Shown: positions 57,922 to 64,000 of the stretch, piece after piece
Layout: each line of letters opens with the position of its first letter
Position numbering within the stretch: position 1 is the stretch's first letter
Assembly: GCA_965661855.1 (NCBI GenBank)
Contig: CBFIFL010000001.1
Coordinates: 20,182 to 84,181, forward strand
Length of the DNA: 64,000 nucleotides
Origin: Flavobacteriales bacterium
GTDB taxonomy: Bacteria; Bacteroidota; Bacteroidia; Flavobacteriales_C; CBFIFL01
Direction of reading: 5' to 3'
Made by a program: the position numbers and the translations under genes
The notes under the pieces: generated by a model
Databases searched by the model: none
Seen by the model: the letters and a program-made list of their open reading frames with translations, nothing else
What the model was told of the DNA's origin: nothing

Positions 57922-59421
57922 TTATTCAAAAGTAAATTTACTGATGAAGTAAACTTTTCTTTTCTTTTTGATTTTTGAAGACTCTTTGTCTTTTATTTTT
58001 TGACTACCGTAAAGGATAAATGCATCGTCATACCAAAACTTCAAATTAGCCAAACTCCATTTTATTTTGTCAGAATCATTGTTAGACTCAATCTTTTCAG
58101 AAGACTTTTCATTGGTGACAGTTCCATCAGTATTGAATTCTTTAGAGTAAATTTTACTTCTCGAAGTAAACACCATGGCTATTTTCTGAGAATCACTTTC
58201 TTTCACTGAAATGAAACGCTTAACATAATAAGGCTTCGTTCTTGGCCACATTTCAAACGTTTTATCCCAAAGTAATTTTCCGTCAAATGAAAACTTGGCT
58301 ACAAGGGCATGTGTGTATTGATAGCCATCAAATACAGTTACATAGGTTGTGGTTGGCTGACCGTTCACGTAAGTTGTTCTTGATTCTGTTCGGTAAGTCG
58401 GGTAATAAGCTTCGCCAATTAAAATATACCCACCTTGAACTTCTATAATTTCATGTTGCGCTAATAAATAGTTTAACAGTAATTCCTTTCCCTTTTTCTT
58501 TTTTCTTGCTTTTTTACGATCAAGTTTAGCTTGTTTCTTTTTTGGTAGGTAGCTTAAAAAATCTGATAGTTCAGTATAAGGATGAAATTTTAGGAAAGAG
58601 GATTTTTTATCTGAAAACGAAGCAAAGAAAATACCATTTGATACACGCTGCATCTGTTCTGAATAGGTACCCGAAGCCAAATAAGTATGGTCATCTTTCT
58701 TTGAGAGACTAGCGGCTACGATACTTTTGTCGTGTCCTTTAGATAAGTTGATTAATTGTTTCTTTTCTCCTTTGTTATCCAATATGATGGCATGAAATTG
58801 ATAAGCCTTTGTTTTGGTATATCCCTCCACAAATAGGACTACTTCTTGAGCTTCTTCAAGTATTTGAAACTCTTGAAGTTTAGTTCTTTTAGGTTTTACG
58901 TCTTTTATATAAACCGGAATGGGTTTTTGAATTCCAGTTTTAAGATCAATAACGAACAAGAAAGGCTGTTTTTTTATTTGAGCAGAAAAATAGGCTTTGT
59001 TGTTAGATACTGCCATGTCTTTAACCCAGCACTTTTTTGGTAAAACTCCATCTAGAGTTCTAATTTTATTGGTTTCGGCATTGAATATGGCAATAGTATA
59101 AGTTCCTTTTCTGGATTTGAAAAAAGTGATGTCTGTCGATTCATCAGAAAAATTCTCATCAAAGTATTTATTCTTATCTATAGCTATGCTTTGTGAAGCA
59201 AGCTCTTTAAGTTGGTTGTCGTATAAGGTGTATTTCCAAGTTTGTACCCCATTAATTGTTTTTTTAGCTTTTAATAAAGCACCATTTTTTCCTAAGGGAG
59301 TGATCTTTTCGTTGGAGTATCCATCTTTTAATTCGAATTCGATTCGTTCACTTTGTTCGACTTGACTAAATGAAAGGAGTGAAAGTAAAATGCAGGATAC
59401 TAGGGAGAATAATGTTTTCAT
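57922..59421 (-). CDS. Secreted hypothetical protein (499 aa)
   Basis: Signal peptide, beta-rich, with an internal lysine-rich stretch. No family assignment. Confidence 0.45.
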   Translation of the reverse strand: MKTLFSLVSCILLSLLSFSQVEQSERIEFELKDGYSNEKITPLGKNGALLKAKKTINGVQTWKYTLYDNQLKELASQSIAIDKNKYFDENFSDESTDITFFKSRKGTYTIAIFNAETNKIRTLDGVLPKKCWVKDMAVSNNKAYFSAQIKKQPFLFVIDLKTGIQKPIPVYIKDVKPKRTKLQEFQILEEAQEVVLFVEGYTKTKAYQFHAIILDNKGEKKQLINLSKGHDKSIVAASLSKKDDHTYLASGTYSEQMQRVSNGIFFASFSDKKSSFLKFHPYTELSDFLSYLPKKKQAKLDRKKARKKKKGKELLLNYLLAQHEIIEVQGGYILIGEAYYPTYRTESRTTYVNGQPTTTYVTVFDGYQYTHALVAKFSFDGKLLWDKTFEMWPRTKPYYVKRFISVKESDSQKIAMVFTSRSKIYSKEFNTDGTVTNEKSSEKIESNNDSDKIKWSLANLKFWYDDAFILYGSQKIKDKESSKIKKKRKVYFISKFTFE

Positions 59422-59465
59422 GTTAGAGATTAGTTTTAATTTAGACTGAAGTTACAAGATTAATT

Positions 59466-60416
59466 ATGTTAGAAGCCTCTTTTAAAAAGGAAACCTATCA
59501 GTTTAAAATTCCAGCTGGGACATCACGAGGAATACTGAAGCAAAGACCAACTTGGTTTTTGAAAGTCTGGGATAGTGAGTGTCCTTATGTTTTTGGAATT
59601 GGTGAATGTGCTCCTTTGGTGAATCTAAGTATTGATGATCGACCTGATTTTGAAGACAAGCTTAATGAGGTTTGCAAACATATTGAGTCTTATAGTGAAT
59701 TGAAAAGAGATGATTTGTTAGACTTTCCTGCAATACGTTTTGGATTAGAAATGGCTTTTAACGATTTGAAATCTGGAGGTAAAAGACTGTTTTTTGGACA
59801 AGTTCACGAGCCAGAAATTCCGATCAATGGATTGATTTGGATGGGGGATGAGTCTTTTATGAAAAGTCAGATTGATCAGAAGTTGGAAGAAGGTTGGGGT
59901 TGTATTAAAATGAAGATTGGTGCAATTGATTTTGAAAAAGAGCTTAAGCTATTGTCTTATATAAGAGAACAAAATTCAAAAGTTCAACTTAGAGTAGATG
60001 CAAACGGAGCGTTTGACAAATCCAACGTTTATCAAAAATTAGAAGCTTTAGCTAAATATGATCTTCATTCTATTGAACAACCGATAAAACAGGGGCAATG
60101 GGACTTAATGCGAGAGGTTTGTGACTTATCGCCAATTCCAGTAGGAATGGATGAAGAGCTTATTGGTGTTTACGGCGAAAAGAAGATAGCACTTTTAGAT
60201 GCTATTAATCCACAATACTTAGTTATGAAACCAACATTGTTGGGGGGATTTGATCTAAGCAACGAATGGATTCAGTTTGCTGAAGAAAGGAATGTTAAAT
60301 GGTGGATTACTTCATCCCTTGAAGCTGGAGAAGGATTATCTGCACTTCGTCAGTATGTAAGTGAGAAAAATTTAACCGAGTTTCAAGGCCTGGGAACAGG
60401 CACACTTTTCAGGTAA
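59466..60416 (+). CDS. Enolase-superfamily enzyme, o-succinylbenzoate synthase / dipeptide epimerase-like
   Basis: 316 aa with an MR/MLE-like metal-binding region (KMKIG...VDANGAF...DEE). Confidence 0.6.
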   Translation: MLEASFKKETYQFKIPAGTSRGILKQRPTWFLKVWDSECPYVFGIGECAPLVNLSIDDRPDFEDKLNEVCKHIESYSELKRDDLLDFPAIRFGLEMAFNDLKSGGKRLFFGQVHEPEIPINGLIWMGDESFMKSQIDQKLEEGWGCIKMKIGAIDFEKELKLLSYIREQNSKVQLRVDANGAFDKSNVYQKLEALAKYDLHSIEQPIKQGQWDLMREVCDLSPIPVGMDEELIGVYGEKKIALLDAINPQYLVMKPTLLGGFDLSNEWIQFAEERNVKWWITSSLEAGEGLSALRQYVSEKNLTEFQGLGTGTLFR

Positions 60417-60483
60417 TTTATTGATTTGCCAGTTAATCAATGAGCTGCCACCATTTTCAAATTAGCTAATTTTCAAATTGAAA

Positions 60484-61530
60484 CTAGTTCATTTGATCAT
60501 TAGCTCTTGCATCATCAGCTTTTCTCTGTTCTAATTGATTGATTCTGTTTATAGCTCTATTCATTCCCAAATCGCGAGCTTTTTTTGCCCACTCAATAGC
60601 TAAGTCTAAGTTTCCTTCTATCTCACAAGCTAGTGCCATGTTGTAACAGGCTCTTTTTTTAACTTTCATATTTGCTGATGCATCTCCTAGTTTTCTCCAA
60701 ATTTGAGCAGCCCCAACCCAGTCGTTTGAGCGAGCTCTTCGCGAAGCCATTTTCATATCAGCACTTCCTTTAGTAAAGTAGTCTCTATGAACATCCATCC
60801 ACATTGGTGAAATTCTTACCGCATAACTTTCTCCTGCAACGATTCCGGCTTCTCTTGCACCTTGTTCTTTTCCTGGAAGTTTAGCAATAGCTAGTTCTTG
60901 GTTGTCAGCTCTTCCTGTAAAACCTTTATGGTCTTCAAAAACATGATTATCTAAAATTTGTCTAGATGCTGGATGGTATATTCTCCAACCTGTAGTTACT
61001 CTCATGTCCAGATTTGCAATATGCTCTGTGTATTCTACATATTCATCATTAACCTTTCGTTTTCTAATCTTTGTGTCAAATGACCTTTTTGAATCAGTGT
61101 CAAAAGTTTCAAGTAATATCAACGCATCGCTATTTGCATTTTGACAAAGTCTTTCTACTTCTGACCATTCTATTGGAGCTGGCATTTGGCTAGTTCCTGA
61201 TCCGTATAATTGTTCATTTATTTGGGTAACATCATATCGCGGAGATTTAGCTAAACCATTTGTTAATCCAACTACAGCTGATCCTGAGGCACGTTTGTCT
61301 AATCCAATTCCTTCTCCAGAAAAAAGTCCTTCTACTATGTTTCCTAGCTTTTGACCTTCGGCTGGTAAGCTACGGTTACCGATTGCAAATTTTTGAATGC
61401 TATCAGGAAGATTAATATCAGCAGGTTTAAGAACTTGAACATGTGTGCTTGAAGTACAAGATTGTAGGATGAATACTACAATTGCCAATAAAGAGAAGTA
61501 AATGTTTTTCATAGTGTGTAATTGTTTCAA
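60484..61530 (-). CDS. Lipoprotein, hypothetical, with C-terminal TPR-like helical region
   Basis: Lipobox (ILQSCTSS). C-terminal helical repeats. Confidence 0.45.
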   Translation of the reverse strand: MKQLHTMKNIYFSLLAIVVFILQSCTSSTHVQVLKPADINLPDSIQKFAIGNRSLPAEGQKLGNIVEGLFSGEGIGLDKRASGSAVVGLTNGLAKSPRYDVTQINEQLYGSGTSQMPAPIEWSEVERLCQNANSDALILLETFDTDSKRSFDTKIRKRKVNDEYVEYTEHIANLDMRVTTGWRIYHPASRQILDNHVFEDHKGFTGRADNQELAIAKLPGKEQGAREAGIVAGESYAVRISPMWMDVHRDYFTKGSADMKMASRRARSNDWVGAAQIWRKLGDASANMKVKKRACYNMALACEIEGNLDLAIEWAKKARDLGMNRAINRINQLEQRKADDARANDQMN

Positions 61531-61644
61531 AACTTGGTTTGCAAATACGATGCCAAATAAAAGACATTTTATACACTTTGATGTCTAAAATGTTACCTAT
61601 AAATACATAGTAATTGTATCTTAAACTTGAATTAGCTTAACATT

Positions 61645-62328
61645 ATGGCAAATACCGAATCAAAACTGTGGCACCTTGAACAAGTGAACCTGTTAAAAGA
61701 ACTATCTCCTGAGGAACTTCAAAAAGTTAGCGATGCTACAACTATGAAGGTGGAGAAAAAAGGGAAGTATATTTATTTTCCACAAGAACCATCGCAAGTC
61801 ATATTTTTCCTGAAAGCAGGAAGGGTTAAAATAGGATCCTATTCAGATGATGGTAAAGAGATCATTAAAACGATCGTTCATCCAGGGGAAGTTTTTGGTG
61901 AAATGGGAATTGTGGGTCAGGAAAATCGTAAAGATTTTGCAATGGCAATGGATGATGAAGTTCGAATCTGTGCAATAACAGTGGAGGAGATAAAAGAGAT
62001 GATGAGTCAGATTCCTCATTTAAGCTTTGCTGTTACTAAAGTCATAGGAGAACGTTTGATAAAAGTGGAGCGTAAGTTGGAATCGATGGTCTTCAAGGAT
62101 GTTCGAACACGTTTACTTGAATTTTTGAAGGATACTGCTAGTGATCATGGAAAGCAAATTGGTCATGAAGTATTGATTCAACATAACCTTACTCATCAAG
62201 ATATTGCAAACTTGATTGCAACATCGAGACAAACAGTTACAACTATATTAAACGATTTGAAAGAGCAAGATTTAATATACATGGAAAGGAATAAGATTTT
62301 AATTAGAGATTTAAGTGATTTGAAATAA
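61645..62328 (+). CDS. Crp/Fnr family transcriptional regulator
   Basis: N-terminal cNMP-binding beta-roll and C-terminal HTH (QDIANLIATSRQTVTTILNDL). Confidence 0.8.
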   Translation: MANTESKLWHLEQVNLLKELSPEELQKVSDATTMKVEKKGKYIYFPQEPSQVIFFLKAGRVKIGSYSDDGKEIIKTIVHPGEVFGEMGIVGQENRKDFAMAMDDEVRICAITVEEIKEMMSQIPHLSFAVTKVIGERLIKVERKLESMVFKDVRTRLLEFLKDTASDHGKQIGHEVLIQHNLTHQDIANLIATSRQTVTTILNDLKEQDLIYMERNKILIRDLSDLK

Positions 62329-62534
62329 TGGCTAATACTTTATATATAGCTGAAGATTGTCACGACTGCGATGTTGTACTAAAAGGTTTAAAAGAAAAGC
62401 AAATCGTTTTACCAATAGTGAATTTTGATCTAGACCAACCCAACCTTTCGGTAGATTTATTCATCTTCCCCGTGTTACTAAATGATAGAGAAGAAATTTT
62501 GGCGTATGGAAGGGATATCCTGGAGCAGTATTAG
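62328..62534 (+). CDS. Small CxxC protein (68 aa), translationally coupled to the Crp/Fnr regulator
   Basis: TAATG stop/start overlap with the regulator gene. CHDC motif. Confidence 0.35.
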   Translation: MANTLYIAEDCHDCDVVLKGLKEKQIVLPIVNFDLDQPNLSVDLFIFPVLLNDREEILAYGRDILEQY

Positions 62535-62550
62535 AGTATTGTTTATTCTA

Positions 62551-64000
62551 ATGTTGGTAGGAGTGTTGATGAATGCTCAATCATCAATTACGGTAAGTGG
62601 TTCGGTTAAAGATGAGAATGGGGAGGCTTTGTCTTACGCTTCTGTATATATTCAAGGGAAGTCAGGAGGAATCACCTCCAACGATTATGGTTTCTTCTCT
62701 ATAGAGATACCCGATACTTCAGTAAATCTTATGGTATCTTTTATTGGTTATGCTCCAATTAAAATTGATTTATCAAAAGGGAATTTCTCAGGAATCGAAG
62801 TTCGGTTAAAACCAGATTTACAAAAATTAGATGACGTTAATATTTCTGTAGACAAAGGTCAGCAGGAGCAAAGGCATAATTCTACTCAGATGAGTAGTAT
62901 AAATATTCCTATGAAACGTTTGATGAGGATTCCTTCATTAGGAGGGGAAACGGATATTTTGAAAGTGATTCAGCTGATGCCTGGAGTGCAAAAAGGAGGA
63001 GAAGGCGGGACAGATATGTTTGTAAGAGGTGGTGATGCAGATCAAAACCTAGTTCTATTAGATGAAGCAGCGGTTTATAATCTAGGTCATCTCTTTGGTT
63101 TCTTTTCAGTTTTCAATGCAGACGCTATTAGAGACATGACTCTTATTAAAGGGGCATTTCCTGCTCAGTATGGAGGAAGATTGTCGTCAGTATTAGATAT
63201 AAGGATGAAAGAAGGAAGTGATCAGAAGTTGCACGGTGCAGGTGGAATTGGTTTACTTTCTTCCAGAATGACTTTAGAAGGGCCTATTGGAGATAAGGCA
63301 TCGTTCATGATTTCAGGAAGAAGAACATATATTGATCAGGTAATGAAAGCGGTTAACTTTCAATTACCTTACTACTTCTATGATTTAAATGCTAAGTTGA
63401 ATTATCAATTAAGTGAAAAGGATAGATTGTATTTAAGTGCTTATTTAGGGAATGATGTATTAAGTTTTTCAGATGTAGCGGAAAATGGAGATGAGTCTCC
63501 AGCGGAGGGTAAAGAAGAGGAGTCCCCTTTTGATTTTGGTTTCACCTTAGGTAATACAACTGCAACTGCAAGATGGAATCATATATATAATGATAAGCTA
63601 TTCTCGAATTTAACTTTATTAACTACAAACTTCTCTTATGATATTAATGGAAGCTTTGTTGGGAATTCACTGTTTATATCCTCTAAAATTCTGGACTTAG
63701 GTGGTAAATGGGAGTTTGATCATTATTTGAATTCAAAATGGAAGCTTAAGTATGGGCTAAGTGTAATTAATCACAAGTTTCAGCCAAATATTATTTCAAC
63801 CCAAGGTGATATTAGCAATTTGATATCTTCTTCAGAGGCACGAAAAACAAATACATTAGAAAATGGGGTGTTTTTACAGGCTGATTATGATTTAAATGTA
63901 CGATGGAAATTGTCTGGTGGATTTAGGTTGTCTGGTGCATTCGTTCCTAATAAGTTGTATGTAGGACCTGAGCCAAGGTTATCTGCTCGTTATAAAATAA
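62551..64000 (+). CDS. TonB-dependent receptor with N-terminal carboxypeptidase-regulatory-like domain, 3'-truncated by the window edge
   Basis: Signal peptide. CarbopepD_reg-like domain (ITVSGSVKDENGEALSYASVYIQGK). TonB plug domain (GETDILKVIQLMPGV...AFPAQYGGRLSSVLDI). Confidence 0.8.
   Translation, partial: MLVGVLMNAQSSITVSGSVKDENGEALSYASVYIQGKSGGITSNDYGFFSIEIPDTSVNLMVSFIGYAPIKIDLSKGNFSGIEVRLKPDLQKLDDVNISVDKGQQEQRHNSTQMSSINIPMKRLMRIPSLGGETDILKVIQLMPGVQKGGEGGTDMFVRGGDADQNLVLLDEAAVYNLGHLFGFFSVFNADAIRDMTLIKGAFPAQYGGRLSSVLDIRMKEGSDQKLHGAGGIGLLSSRMTLEGPIGDKASFMISGRRTYIDQVMKAVNFQLPYYFYDLNAKLNYQLSEKDRLYLSAYLGNDVLSFSDVAENGDESPAEGKEEESPFDFGFTLGNTTATARWNHIYNDKLFSNLTLLTTNFSYDINGSFVGNSLFISSKILDLGGKWEFDHYLNSKWKLKYGLSVINHKFQPNIISTQGDISNLISSSEARKTNTLENGVFLQADYDLNVRWKLSGGFRLSGAFVPNKLYVGPEPRLSARYKI

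Overview
AT-rich (roughly one-third GC) chromosomal segment that looks like a Bacteroidota (Flavobacteriia/Cytophagia-type) genome. Supporting signs are T9SS C-terminal sorting domains, a fused ccoNO cbb3 oxidase, many lipoproteins, and DUF5686/DUF885 proteins. Coding density is high and most genes are housekeeping or envelope functions. No CRISPR array, IS element, integrase or obvious phage or defence cargo was found.

The most coherent block, and my best candidate for an undescribed system, spans about 10.6 to 31.6 kb. It contains an Entner-Doudoroff/oxidative pentose-phosphate operon (zwf-pgl-edd-eda-gap). Divergent from it is a BadF-type sugar kinase, a GH3 beta-glucosidase and a Nudix-related (NrtR-like) regulator. 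Downstream are two T9SS-sorted secreted proteins, one a GH16 laminarinase. A five-gene minus-strand operon follows: a GH158-like TIM-barrel glycosidase, two large outer-membrane beta-barrels, a lipoprotein and a secreted protein. The block ends with an SSS sodium:sugar symporter and methylglyoxal synthase. There is no SusC/SusD pair.

Four copies of one 21-bp palindrome (TTATTGT-N7-ACAATAA) sit upstream of the transcription units in this block, three of them 22 to 27 bp from a start codon, which marks it as a single candidate regulon.

Other notable items:
- A decayed arfB (ribosome-rescue peptidyl-tRNA hydrolase) gene with an in-frame TAA exactly at the Gln of the catalytic GGQ.
- A complete cbb3 oxidase cluster (ccoS-ccoNO-ccoQ-ccoP-ccoG-ccoH plus a DsbD_2-like protein) with an FNR-type box upstream.
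- A TolC-HlyD-ABC export operon whose ABC nucleotide-binding domain has lost every catalytic motif except Walker A.
- A roughly 35-nt motif present twice in intergenic DNA.
- A GC-rich 28-bp perfect-stem inverted repeat.
- tRNA-Arg(TCT) with its own terminator.
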